A stretch of DNA of 59,077 nucleotides from the NCBI GenBank assembly GCA_023379265.1, contig JAMCUI010000020.1, forward strand, positions 1 through 59,077, in the 5' to 3' direction. The position numbers were made by a program, and so were the translations under genes. The notes under the pieces were generated by a model that saw nothing but the letters and a program-made list of their open reading frames with translations, had not been told where the DNA came from and ran no database searches. Source of the DNA: Patescibacteria group bacterium. GTDB lineage: Bacteria; Patescibacteriota; Microgenomatia; 2-02-FULL-39-11. This document shows, one piece after another, positions 19,842 to 28,616 of the stretch (position 1 is its first letter; each line of letters starts with the position of its first letter).

Positions 19842-20024
19842 TTAGATGATTTTAAGTGCATCCAATTTATCAAGAATTTCCTGTGAAATAGAAGAATTTT
19901 GATCAATATAAAGTTTGGCTACTTTCCACGATATTCCTTCACCATTTATAGTTAATATTATTTCATCTCGTGTTGCTAGAGGCAGGTTTCCGTATATTTT
20001 GTAAAATTTTTCTTTTGGGGACAT
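19842..20024 (-). CDS. Small hypothetical protein (60 aa), first gene of the three-gene module
   Basis: ATG start, 10-bp gap to the next gene; residue pattern loosely resembles the 91-aa neighbour. Confidence 0.65.
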   Translation of the reverse strand: MSPKEKFYKIYGNLPLATRDEIILTINGEGISWKVAKLYIDQNSSISQEILDKLDALKII

Positions 20025-20283
20025 GTAGTCTATAAATACTGTATCCTGTATTTATATAAATAGCAATATTCAATCTTTACCTGTATTATACCAATAATAA
20101 TCAATACTATACTATTTATAATATACACTTTTACTACCATGACAATATAAATAATATTAATTTATCTTTTAATAAAGATAAATTAATATGATATGATTAA
20201 ATTATTATTTTTATTATGTAGTTACGAAGGGAATAAAGGGGAATAATAATCATCAATTAGACTATTTTAAGGCTCTTTTGGCG

Positions 20284-20320
20284 TTGGCAAGGAGACATTC
20301 TACCGCTGAACTACGCCCGC
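20284..20320 (-). repeat. att-like 5' half of tRNA-Gly, carrying a GCC anticodon
   Basis: GCGGGCGTAGTTCAGCGGTAGAATGTCTCC-TTGCCAA, then unrelated sequence. Confidence 0.85.
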
Positions 20321-20510
20321 ACTGTATTTTCCAAACTAACTTATTTTAATTCCGACTTACTCAAACTCTCAATAAAACATCTTTTAACAACTCAAAATAA
20401 GCTTTCCACACCTTTGTAAGTATAATATAAGATGATAAATGGTGCAATAAAACTTATATAGTACTCTTTATCCTGTCTCCCATGGCAAATCAGTTGACCC
20501 ATTTTCCCTA

Positions 20511-20864
20511 TTGAATTTGAACCGGACGTTTACATCTGATAGTATTTGCCCTATGTCCTTAAAAGAAGACGCCCCTGAAATTGAAAGAATATTGGAACAA
20601 TATTCACCGTCCAAAAGAAGTTGTAATTTTCCCGGAACGGGTGGAAATACGGGATGTTTATTTTATTACATGCCTCCAGGTCAACAATTAGAGAATGCCC
20701 TAGACGCTTTTTTAGGTAGTTTGAAGGGAAGTACGTCCACGGTTGAAGTTCAAATACCAAAAGTATTTTGCAAGGTGACTGGGGTAACAATTCCACCAGG
20801 AAGTAAATGCAAAATAAGCCAGGATCTTTTCAGGAGAGTTGTGATGGATAAATACGAAAAATAG
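20511..20864 (+). CDS. Hypothetical Cys-containing protein
   Basis: 117-aa ORF, uncertain start, no recognised motif. Confidence 0.4.
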   Translation: MNLNRTFTSDSICPMSLKEDAPEIERILEQYSPSKRSCNFPGTGGNTGCLFYYMPPGQQLENALDAFLGSLKGSTSTVEVQIPKVFCKVTGVTIPPGSKCKISQDLFRRVVMDKYEK

Positions 20865-21046
20865 AAACTTTAATGCTTTTCTTATCCACTCTTCTTTATG
20901 CTTAGAGACGTTTCCGTTTTACTCTTAAGGACAAACTCCTATCGACTCTACTATATCTGCGGTTGTTTTTGAATTTCTTGCTGCCAATACCTGAAAATTG
21001 TCTATATCTCTTCTTAATATAAAAATTCAATTTATGAATAAGTTTG

Positions 21047-21119
21047 TGCCGAGGGTCAGAGTCGAACTGACATAACGTGTTTTTCAGACACGCACCGTGA
21101 CCACCTTGGATACCTCGGC
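21047..21119 (-). tRNA. tRNA-Phe(GAA)
   Basis: GCCGAGG/CCTCGGC-A acceptor; CGTGT-CTGAAAA-ACACG anticodon arm; GTCAG-TTCGACT-CTGAC T-arm. Confidence 0.9.
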
Positions 21120-21243
21120 AAGGTTGAATTGACCTGCAACGAATTATTATAACAAGCTTATTTCCTAATATTGTAAATTAGATCATATAATGTTTCAAGA
21201 ATCAATGAAAAAGTATAAATGATTATTATGGTAAAATATTCAT

Positions 21244-22077
21244 ATGTCAGTCCCTAAATATGATGAAATGTTCAATGTACTTCTTCAGGCTCTTCATGAA
21301 CTAGGAGGATCTGCTTCTGTACAGGAAATGTTGGATAAAGTTGCTGAAATCCTGAAACTTACTGATAGGGATATAAATGAGGTACATCGTGGAAACAGAA
21401 CTAAACTTGATTACCGTCTGGCGTGGACAAGAAATTACCTGAAAAGATATGGTCTGCTTGAGAACTCATCAAGAGGTGTATGGGCTCTTACTGCCAAAGG
21501 TCTTCAAGTGAAAACTGTTGATAAGGATGAAGTAAACAGAACTGTAAAGAAGTATGATATCAATCATGATACAGCAGAATTATCCGATGATAGTGATCAT
21601 GATCTAAAAGTATCGGAGTCATGGAGAGAGGAAATGCTTGACATGATTAAAAAGCTTCCTCCTGATGTATTTGAAAGATTATGCCAGCGTATCCTTCGTG
21701 AAGCCGGATTCATTGAAGTAAAAGTGGAAGGAAGGTCAGGAGATGGAGGTATTGATGGAAGAGGAATTGTCAGGCTTGGTGGGTTTGTATCATTCAGAAT
21801 AATTTTCCAGTGTAAAAGATATCAGGGATCAGTTACATCACAAGAGATAAGAGAGTTCAAAGGAACCATGTCAGGAAGGGCTGATAAAGGCTTATTTATA
21901 ACAACTGGCAATTTCACTAGGGATGCTAAGCAGGAAGCTAACAGAGATGGTTCAACACCTATTGATCTAATTGATGGAAGGGATCTCACTGAGAAAATGA
22001 AAGAACTTCGACTAGGTATTAAATTAAAAACAGAAGAAGTAGTTACAGTTGATCAGGAATGGTTCAGCAATTTCTAG
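21244..22077 (+). CDS. mrr: Mrr-family type IV restriction endonuclease
   Basis: Mrr_N wHTH (RLAWTRNYLKRYGLLENSSRGVWALT) plus Mrr_cat (FERLC, SGDGGIDG, QCKRY, KGLFITTGNFT, IDLIDG). Confidence 0.92.
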   Translation: MSVPKYDEMFNVLLQALHELGGSASVQEMLDKVAEILKLTDRDINEVHRGNRTKLDYRLAWTRNYLKRYGLLENSSRGVWALTAKGLQVKTVDKDEVNRTVKKYDINHDTAELSDDSDHDLKVSESWREEMLDMIKKLPPDVFERLCQRILREAGFIEVKVEGRSGDGGIDGRGIVRLGGFVSFRIIFQCKRYQGSVTSQEIREFKGTMSGRADKGLFITTGNFTRDAKQEANRDGSTPIDLIDGRDLTEKMKELRLGIKLKTEEVVTVDQEWFSNF

Positions 22078-22086
22078 TTCTTCTCA

Positions 22087-22788
22087 TCATTTCCTTTTTC
22101 GTCTTTTACGATATTCTAATATCTGTTTTGGTAAGTTATATAAATAGGTCATTGTAAAATCCATAAACTCAACAATATCTTTAGCGTCATTATCAGTAGT
22201 TGGATCTTGGTTAGGCTTTGGATGTGCAGAATCGTTTCCTAATTCGCGTATTTCGTGAGACCATTCTTTCATAAGAGGAGGAAGAATCCCTTTTAATGCT
22301 AGATCGTTAATTTCTTCCTTTAAGTTATCTCCTACAGCTTTAGAATGTCTTAATGCTACTTGTAAGGCGCTCCTTGCCATTACTGCAGCAGCGTCCCAGT
22401 TTTCATCTTCTAAAGAGCGTTGTGCTTGAAGCCAGAACCTCTGTACATCAGAAGGCCAATGTTCGGGTGCTTGTGTTGTTCTTTGTGGCCATGGTAAGAC
22501 TCGATATGCGTGTAAACCACCACTGTAACTACTTGCTGACCAAAGGACCATTATAAATCCTGCACAACTACCGCATTTATATGTATCAAAGTTTAATACT
22601 TTTTGACCGTTTGGTTTTTTCTTCTCTTCATGATGAACAAGGGTAAAATTGCCTTCTTCTTCACAAAAAGGACATTCTATACGGTGTAAAGCTAATTCAT
22701 TACCATCAAAACCATATCCTTCCCCTAAATCCCACCAGCTTTTCATACAACCGCATTCTACCATATTATGACTATAATTAAGATTCAA
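22087..22788 (-). CDS. DUF4145 (HEPN-like) protein with N-terminal zinc ribbon
   Basis: CPFC/CGSC pairs, AAAVMARSALQ, IRELGNDSAHP (R-x-x-x-N-x-x-x-H). Confidence 0.8.
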   Translation of the reverse strand: MNLNYSHNMVECGCMKSWWDLGEGYGFDGNELALHRIECPFCEEEGNFTLVHHEEKKKPNGQKVLNFDTYKCGSCAGFIMVLWSASSYSGGLHAYRVLPWPQRTTQAPEHWPSDVQRFWLQAQRSLEDENWDAAAVMARSALQVALRHSKAVGDNLKEEINDLALKGILPPLMKEWSHEIRELGNDSAHPKPNQDPTTDNDAKDIVEFMDFTMTYLYNLPKQILEYRKRRKRK

Positions 22789-23226
22789 TTACTCGACTTT
22801 TAGATAAGGCAAAAGTAGTTGGTAGGGACCGCTTTTTTTAATTATATATTTGCTTTCAGAATCACCTAAAATGATTGCAGGCAATTTATCAAATCCCTTT
22901 TGAAGATATAAATTGAACGATACGTAATCATCACTTAGACGGAACTTTTGTTCACTGATTGGATAGAGGTAAAGAGGCAGCAACTCACCCTTTCTTATAT
23001 GAGATTCAAAATAGTTTCTGAAAGAATCTGGAATATCCGGTTTGTAATCGGAAAATGGAACAATTGCCTCTTTTTTAATTTCAGCTATCCAGCAGAACAG
23101 TAGGCCATTATAAGCGCATCGTAATCTTCTGATAAGCTCATCATCTCTAGGAGAAGTTTTCCCATCCCAATCAATTATCAGTTTACTTGTTTCAACAAGA
23201 TCCATAATACATTCCTTTCTTAACAT
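22789..23226 (-). CDS. Hypothetical protein (possible degenerate ParB/Srx-like fold)
   Basis: 145-aa ORF abutting the DUF4145 gene; PLYLYP...LSDDY...GFDKLPAIILG loosely follows the ParB/Srx pattern. Confidence 0.5.
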   Translation of the reverse strand: MLRKECIMDLVETSKLIIDWDGKTSPRDDELIRRLRCAYNGLLFCWIAEIKKEAIVPFSDYKPDIPDSFRNYFESHIRKGELLPLYLYPISEQKFRLSDDYVSFNLYLQKGFDKLPAIILGDSESKYIIKKSGPYQLLLPYLKVE

Positions 23227-23376
23227 TTAATAATCGTATTCTTAGCAAGTTCAGTCCTTCCTACTGGCATAAGATCAGCCATCTCAAGCTCTGGTACCTG
23301 TAACAGGTAGATACTTGATACTGCTGCACCCTCTGCGCCAGATGATCCGGCTGTTACTTCTAAGAATCATTTAATT

Positions 23377-24129
23377 TTATTCCACTAGAAAGGGTATAAA
23401 TGGAAGAATCTGATCAATCACTGATATATAGGGGAGATAATTGTATTCGTACTCCCTTTTTAGTATATTCATCAGCCTAGCCTGAAATAATCTATAGTTC
23501 GGACCTTTCATCTTTTTGTGGCACGATTCACAGAGTGTAATAAGATTCCACAGGGCATTTGCTTCCTCAGGCATCAATTTATACATAATCCTACGATCAA
23601 TGATATGATTTACAATCAAATGCTCCTTACTTCCGCATTTCATACATTTGCATTCATCTCTAATTAGTGCCAGTCGCTTTTGTTCTGCTTCCTCCTTCAA
23701 TCTGTAATTGAACGAAGGATAATTTTCCATATCTTCTTTTGATTCATATCCGAAAGATTTTGCAATACCATCTATTATGTTCAAATGGGCTATTCCGGAT
23801 CTTTTCTTACCGATTAGGGCTTTTCTTCGTCTCTCAATTTCGTCTTGTGGCTGTATCCTTCCCCGTACTCCAATCATCCTTCGTTCAATAAGTTCAGGAG
23901 ATTGTTTTACTCCTCTTTTACTGGCTGCCATTTTTTCAATATGTTCAGGAGACAGTTTTTTCCCTTTGAAAGTTATTCTGTAAACTTCTTTATGTTCTTT
24001 TGATTTCTGCCAGCATATTGGTGAACAATATAGCCCTTTAGTATCTCTTTTCCACGGGAATGATTTTTTACAGTTCAGACAAAATCTTGTTAACGGTGTA
24101 CCATTAAGGGTCATATATCCTTTTGGCAT
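23377..24129 (-). CDS. HNH endonuclease with NUMOD3-like DNA-binding repeats
   Basis: KGKKLSPEHIEKM...GVKQSPE repeats; CMKC...NHI...NLITLCESCH HNH core; RBS aggag. Confidence 0.82.
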   Translation of the reverse strand: MPKGYMTLNGTPLTRFCLNCKKSFPWKRDTKGLYCSPICWQKSKEHKEVYRITFKGKKLSPEHIEKMAASKRGVKQSPELIERRMIGVRGRIQPQDEIERRRKALIGKKRSGIAHLNIIDGIAKSFGYESKEDMENYPSFNYRLKEEAEQKRLALIRDECKCMKCGSKEHLIVNHIIDRRIMYKLMPEEANALWNLITLCESCHKKMKGPNYRLFQARLMNILKREYEYNYLPYISVIDQILPFIPFLVE

Positions 24130-24162
24130 ATTTTCTCCTTATAAAATGTTAATAATAATTGA

Positions 24163-25143
24163 TTACTTTGTAACTTTAATTAGCAGACTGTTACTGTTTT
24201 CTTCAACTGTAAGATTGAAATGTTGTGTATCTACATTCTGATTGATATTAGTTTTGATTTTCTGACACAACATTTCCCAGCTTATGTTGTGTTTCAGTAG
24301 GGGATGAGCAAGAACAATCTGAGAATAAAACTTTAACGAGGAATTAAGATACCGCATGGTTGTTCGGGGATCACGATGACCGACAATTTTAGCCACATAC
24401 ATCAGATCAACACCATTCTGACCCATTATGTCTATGTAACTGTAGCGAAAAAGATGATTCCAGATTTTTTTATTCAGTCCTATGGCTTTAGCCCTTCTTT
24501 TCAGATCAAGTAGTATCTGTTGAGAGTTTAATGTCCCGTTTCTGGCTGAACTGAAAATGTATTCTCCTTTATGGGGAAGCTGGAAAAGTAGATTAAAAAT
24601 ATCCGGTCCGATACATACAGTACGATCTTCACCATTCTTTGTGTCTCTGAAAATAACTCTTTCTGGACCACTGTGAAGGTCCTTCCAAGTCAGATTTAGC
24701 ACTTCCCCTATTCTTGCACCTGTTGTACCAAGTAGTAAAATCATAGCTTTCTGACGCTGATTGATATAACACTGAAACTTTTTGTATTGAATAATTACTT
24801 CTGCCAGTTTTTTTATATCTTCCGGGGTCAAATTATCCACCTCTGACAGTCTTTTTTCACGAAAATATGTATAATCATCAAAGTCGTGGATCTTGAAGTA
24901 TTTTCCAAGCAATTTGACAGTTTTTATAAAATTGTTGATATAGGAGATTGCATAGCCTTTATTCCGCATTTCAGCGATAAAAATGTTGAAATTATCACGG
25001 GTGAAGTCTCTAGTGGAAAAGTAGTCAAGCAGCTTGTTGAATCGGGACTTCTCGGCCATAAAAGCCGATGGTTTATCAGACAGTTTCCTGTCTACAAACA
25101 AAAAAACTTGTAGTTTCGGCCACAAAGATCTGTTCAGCAACAT
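24163..25143 (-). CDS. Tyrosine recombinase/integrase
   Basis: TGARIGE (R), TKNG (K), HLFR (HxxR), VGH...TTMRY (H, Y): catalytic set complete. Confidence 0.92.
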   Translation of the reverse strand: MLLNRSLWPKLQVFLFVDRKLSDKPSAFMAEKSRFNKLLDYFSTRDFTRDNFNIFIAEMRNKGYAISYINNFIKTVKLLGKYFKIHDFDDYTYFREKRLSEVDNLTPEDIKKLAEVIIQYKKFQCYINQRQKAMILLLGTTGARIGEVLNLTWKDLHSGPERVIFRDTKNGEDRTVCIGPDIFNLLFQLPHKGEYIFSSARNGTLNSQQILLDLKRRAKAIGLNKKIWNHLFRYSYIDIMGQNGVDLMYVAKIVGHRDPRTTMRYLNSSLKFYSQIVLAHPLLKHNISWEMLCQKIKTNINQNVDTQHFNLTVEENSNSLLIKVTK

Positions 25144-25361
25144 AAGCTGTTCAGATCATTTGAACTTATGCCACAAGCTAACAGATCGTCCGTCTGATCT
25201 CTAAATCTGTAATTACCTTATATTAAAAATATCATTTTCAATATGCCTACCTCGGCATCTTACTATTTAATTTTAAGTTTAAGATTTCTAATTTGCAATG
25301 ACTATAGTATCTGCATCAAGCGAAGTGCTTTCGCTAAGTACCTCATCTATTCGGTACGAAG

Positions 25362-25435
25362 TGGACGCTGAGGGATTCGAACCCCCGACATTTGCGATGT
25401 AAACGCAACGCTCTAACCAGCTGAGCTAAGCGTCC
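25362..25435 (-). tRNA. tRNA-Val(TAC)
   Basis: GGACGCT/AGCGTCC-A acceptor; TTGCG-TTTACAT-CGCAA anticodon arm. Confidence 0.93.
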
Positions 25436-25611
25436 AAATAAATCTTCTTCATATCCAGTCTACTTGAGTACTGGTATTTTATCCAATAGTACAATCTGTT
25501 GCAAGAATTTTGTGGGATTGGTACAATTAACTGCACTATTTATGGCGAGGTGGTGAAATTGGAATACTCAGTTATAGCAGTCAAAATCGAGAAAAAAACA
25601 CACTAAATATT

Positions 25612-25693
25612 GCCGAGGTGGTGAAATTGGTATACACGCAGTCTTGAGGAGGCTGTGCCGTAAGGCGTGGAGGTTCAAGTCCTCTCCTCGGCA
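25612..25693 (+). tRNA. tRNA-Leu(GAG)
   Basis: GCCGAGG/CCTCGGC-A acceptor; CAGTC-TTGAGGA-GGCTG anticodon arm; variable arm present. Confidence 0.93.
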
Positions 25694-25723
25694 CTGAAGA
25701 ATTTCTTTCAGAAATTCTGAAGT

Positions 25724-25796
25724 GCGCCTGTAGCTCAATGGATAGAGCAACTCCCTTCTAAGGAGTAGGTTGTGGGTTCGACTCCCGCCAGGCGCG
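25724..25796 (+). tRNA. tRNA-Arg(TCT)
   Basis: GCGCCTG/CAGGCGC-G acceptor; ACTCC-CTTCTAA-GGAGT anticodon arm. Confidence 0.93.
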
Positions 25797-25899
25797 CAAA
25801 TAGGATTTATTAACTTCGACTCCCGAGAGGTGCTCTTCGTCGCTTTGAAGAAATTGAAAAGCTCCACAGCGCAAGCGCATTTTTTTTCTATTTCTGATG

Positions 25900-25971
25900 A
25901 GCGGGCGATGGGATTCGCACCCACGGCCTCTTCCTTGGCAAGGAAGCATTCTACTGCTGAACTACGCCCGC
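25900..25971 (-). tRNA. tRNA-Gly(GCC), atypical D and T loops
   Basis: GCGGGCG/CGCCCGC-T acceptor; CTTCC-TTGCCAA-GGAAG; D-loop AGCAGTA; T-loop TGCGAAT. Confidence 0.88.
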
Positions 25972-26101
25972 AATTTTAAAACTATTTTCAATTTTATTTC
26001 TTAAAACTTCTCTACCGTATCCGGATTTGTAAAAGAATTCCTGTTGCCATTATTGCCTTTTCGGAATGTAAGAAATAAAGTCCAAACATTATATCAATTT
26101 A

Positions 26102-26263
26102 TCACCTACGCCACAATCCGCTAAGTGTATCAATGATGAAATGGATCGTACCAAAAAAAAGGTCATTTATTGTCCTATACACTGAAGGCCATATACCCTG
26201 TATAAAATGTAAAAGCCTTGTCGAAAAAGGCTCATTCTGGTAGGAACCGTAACTTTCATCCAT
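26102..26263 (-). CDS. Small amphipathic hypothetical protein (53 aa, below the ORF-track cutoff)
   Basis: Manual translation MDESYGSYQNEPFSTRLLHFIQGIWPSVYRTINDLFFGTIHFIIDTLSGLWRR*; starts 19 bp after the DUF192 stop on the same strand. Confidence 0.5.
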   Translation of the reverse strand: MDESYGSYQNEPFSTRLLHFIQGIWPSVYRTINDLFFGTIHFIIDTLSGLWRR

Positions 26264-26282
26264 AATTTATCATTATATCAAA

Positions 26283-26762
26283 TCAATAACTTATCTTTTC
26301 TCCAATTTTGATACCTTCTTTTGTTACGACACCCGAATTTACCTCCAAAACTTTATCAGCAGGTGACTGTGGCGCATAAGTAGGCAAATCAGTTGTGTTG
26401 GGATCTTGTGGATTGGGCACATTTTGCGTCAGATCGACAATTTTATTGCCATTTATCCAGATGAAGTCAAGAGGAAAATTCATTCCTTTCATCCAAAATC
26501 GATAATACTCCGGATGATCGAAAATAAACAGCATACCACATCCAGAACACAAGCTTTTCCTATAAGATAAACCAAGAGTCCTTAGAGTATCAGTATCTGC
26601 TATTTGCACTTGGAAGTTATTGTTGCCTATATGAAGTGTCGTATTTTTGTATTCGTTTTTGTCTTTCTCTCTAGAAAAAAAAAGATAACTACCGGCAAAT
26701 AGTATTATACAAAAGATAATAACCAATAAAACGATCTGTGACTGAAGACTTGTAGATTTCAT
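26283..26762 (-). CDS. DUF192 family exported protein
   Basis: N-terminal TM; IADT...R..GLSYR...GMLFIF...FWMKGMNFPLDFIWI...VLEVNSG. Confidence 0.88.
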   Translation of the reverse strand: MKSTSLQSQIVLLVIIFCIILFAGSYLFFSREKDKNEYKNTTLHIGNNNFQVQIADTDTLRTLGLSYRKSLCSGCGMLFIFDHPEYYRFWMKGMNFPLDFIWINGNKIVDLTQNVPNPQDPNTTDLPTYAPQSPADKVLEVNSGVVTKEGIKIGEKISY

Positions 26763-26802
26763 GTACCCTGTGTTAGGCTATAAACGACGTTGCAAATATA
26801 TG

Positions 26803-26877
26803 TCGGGGATACCCGACTTGAACGGGTGGCCTCGCGCTCCCAAAGCGCGCGCTCTGAGCCAACTGAGCTAATCCCCG
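26803..26877 (-). tRNA. tRNA-Pro(TGG)
   Basis: CGGGGAT/ATCCCCG-A acceptor; CGCGC-TTTGGGA-GCGCG anticodon arm. Confidence 0.92.
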
Positions 26878-26995
26878 AAATGGCACAAATTACCAAAAGC
26901 GCTGATAGATATTGTAAGTGAAGCCCAAAAACATTGCAACATCGTATACATACTGATACAATATATATCCTTTCTTTAACCAAATTTCTCAAAAA

Positions 26996-28207
26996 ATGAA
27001 ACTGAAATCTTTGTTTATATTTTCAGCACTCTTTTTCTTTTCCGTGGTACTTCCTGGTAGACAGATTTATGCTATTTATGATCCACTATCTTTACCCAAC
27101 AATAAATACGGCATACATATTATAGATGAGAACGACATGGACAATGCAGCCAAACTGGTCAATTCGGCAGGAGGGGATTGGGGATATGTGACCATGGTCA
27201 TCACTCAAAATGACCGTGACACTGACAAATGGAATAAAATTTTTGATCAGCTAAGAAATCTGCATCTTATACCAATCATCAGACTTGCCACTTTCCTAAA
27301 CGGCTATTATTGGGAAAAACCTACTCTGGACCAGGTTTTACCCTGGGCTCAATTTCTAAATAGATTACACTGGGTTGTCAAAAACCGCTATATCGTGGTT
27401 TTCAACGAACCCAACCATGCCAAGGAATGGGGTGGTGAGATAAATCCGGCTTCATACTCAGACATACTTAGCTCTATGTCTGCCTCACTTAAAACTGAAT
27501 CACCCGACTTTTTCATACTCCCTGCAGGTTTGGATGCATCAGCGCCCAATGCCAAAGATACTATGGATGAAAAACTTTTTATACAGGAAATGCTCCGCTA
27601 CAATCATGACATTTACAACTTTGTCGACGGATGGACATCCCATTCATATCCCAATCCAGGATACGTTGGCGGGAGTGATGCAGTTGGCCGTGGCACAGTA
27701 CGGACTTTCCAATGGGAAGAGACTCTTCTGAAATCGCTGGGAATAGAAAGACAACTACCCGTATTTATTACAGAGACCGGCTGGCCGCATCAGGATGGCA
27801 ATCCCTATAATCCGTGGTATTTTTCGCCTGATGAGGTATCGGATCTTATACTGCAGGCGTCAAAAACAGTCTGGACTGACAAAAACATTGTCGCTATCAC
27901 TCCCTTTGTCCTAAACTATCAATCATATCCATTTTCCAATTTCTCCTGGCAAAAAGAGGCGACAAGCTCTTTTTATCCCCAATATGATTCATACCAGAAA
28001 CTGGTAAAAACAGCAGGAAAACCGGTACTTGATATGAGCTACAAGAAGATATTGGGAGAAGAAACCACAGCCAAATCTACAAATTCCAGTATGCGCAGGC
28101 TACCGGTTAAAACATCCAAACATACCTTTTCTGACAATTTTTTACCCATGATGGATTTCCTTTCACATCTACCTTTTATCGGCCCTTTCATTTCTAAAAT
28201 ATTCTAA
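26996..28207 (+). CDS. Secreted clan GH-A glycoside hydrolase (TIM barrel)
   Basis: Signal peptide; acid/base FNEPN, SHSYP and nucleophile FITETGW motifs. Confidence 0.75.
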   Translation: MKLKSLFIFSALFFFSVVLPGRQIYAIYDPLSLPNNKYGIHIIDENDMDNAAKLVNSAGGDWGYVTMVITQNDRDTDKWNKIFDQLRNLHLIPIIRLATFLNGYYWEKPTLDQVLPWAQFLNRLHWVVKNRYIVVFNEPNHAKEWGGEINPASYSDILSSMSASLKTESPDFFILPAGLDASAPNAKDTMDEKLFIQEMLRYNHDIYNFVDGWTSHSYPNPGYVGGSDAVGRGTVRTFQWEETLLKSLGIERQLPVFITETGWPHQDGNPYNPWYFSPDEVSDLILQASKTVWTDKNIVAITPFVLNYQSYPFSNFSWQKEATSSFYPQYDSYQKLVKTAGKPVLDMSYKKILGEETTAKSTNSSMRRLPVKTSKHTFSDNFLPMMDFLSHLPFIGPFISKIF

Positions 28208-28428
28208 TTTATAATATAAATTACATTCCTCAAAGGAAAATAGGAAATTAAGCCCAATCGTGATAAAATTGGACGGTGCCACGAAAGAATAGAATGGTGG
28301 CATAATCTTGGTGTAAATCAATTGCACCGTATAAGTTAAAAAGATATAGAAATCGCAACTATGGCGGCATGAGCTCTGAAGTAAACTAATAACAAGATTT
28401 TAGTAAAGTACAGAGGAACAGTAATTAC

Positions 28429-28501
28429 GGTGGCATTAGCTCAATGGCAGAGCGCTGCCCTGTGGAGGCAGATGTTGCCGGTTCAAATCCGGTATGCCAC
28501 C
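28429..28501 (+). tRNA. tRNA-His(GTG), G-1 encoded
   Basis: G-GTGGCAT/ATGCCAC-C acceptor; CTGCC-CTGTGGA-GGCAG anticodon arm. Confidence 0.93.
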
Positions 28502-28586
28502 CAAAAGGTTGGTACTGCTGGTTCAAATCCGGTATGCCACCCAAAAGGTTGGTACTGCTGGTTCAAATCCGGTATGCCACCCAAAA
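28480..28586 (+). repeat. 40-bp tandem repeat of the tRNA-His T-arm and acceptor 3' end (three copies of a 27-bp core)
   Basis: ggttcaaatccggtatgccacccaaaa at 28480, 28520 and 28560, with identical 13-bp linkers. Confidence 0.9.
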
Positions 28587-28616
28587 AAATCTAACAACCT
28601 AAAGTTTGTCAAATTT

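Larger units (their letters stand above)
17783..20320. mobile_element. AT-rich island bounded by tRNA-Gly(TCC) and a duplicated tRNA-Gly 5' half
   Basis: 37-nt repeat (17746-17782 vs 20284-20320, two mismatches), integrase N-terminal remnant, visibly AT-rich cargo. Confidence 0.75.
21120..25257. mobile_element. Integrase-bearing island or prophage remnant upstream of tRNA-Phe
   Basis: Intact tyrosine integrase at the right end; 10-bp repeat tacctcggca at 21111-21120 and 25248-25257; Mrr, HEPN and HNH cargo. Confidence 0.65.

Noticed and set aside
28494-28616. N-terminal extension of the 608-aa ORF
   Set aside because: It derives from the tRNA-His repeat; ATG 28617 is the plausible start.
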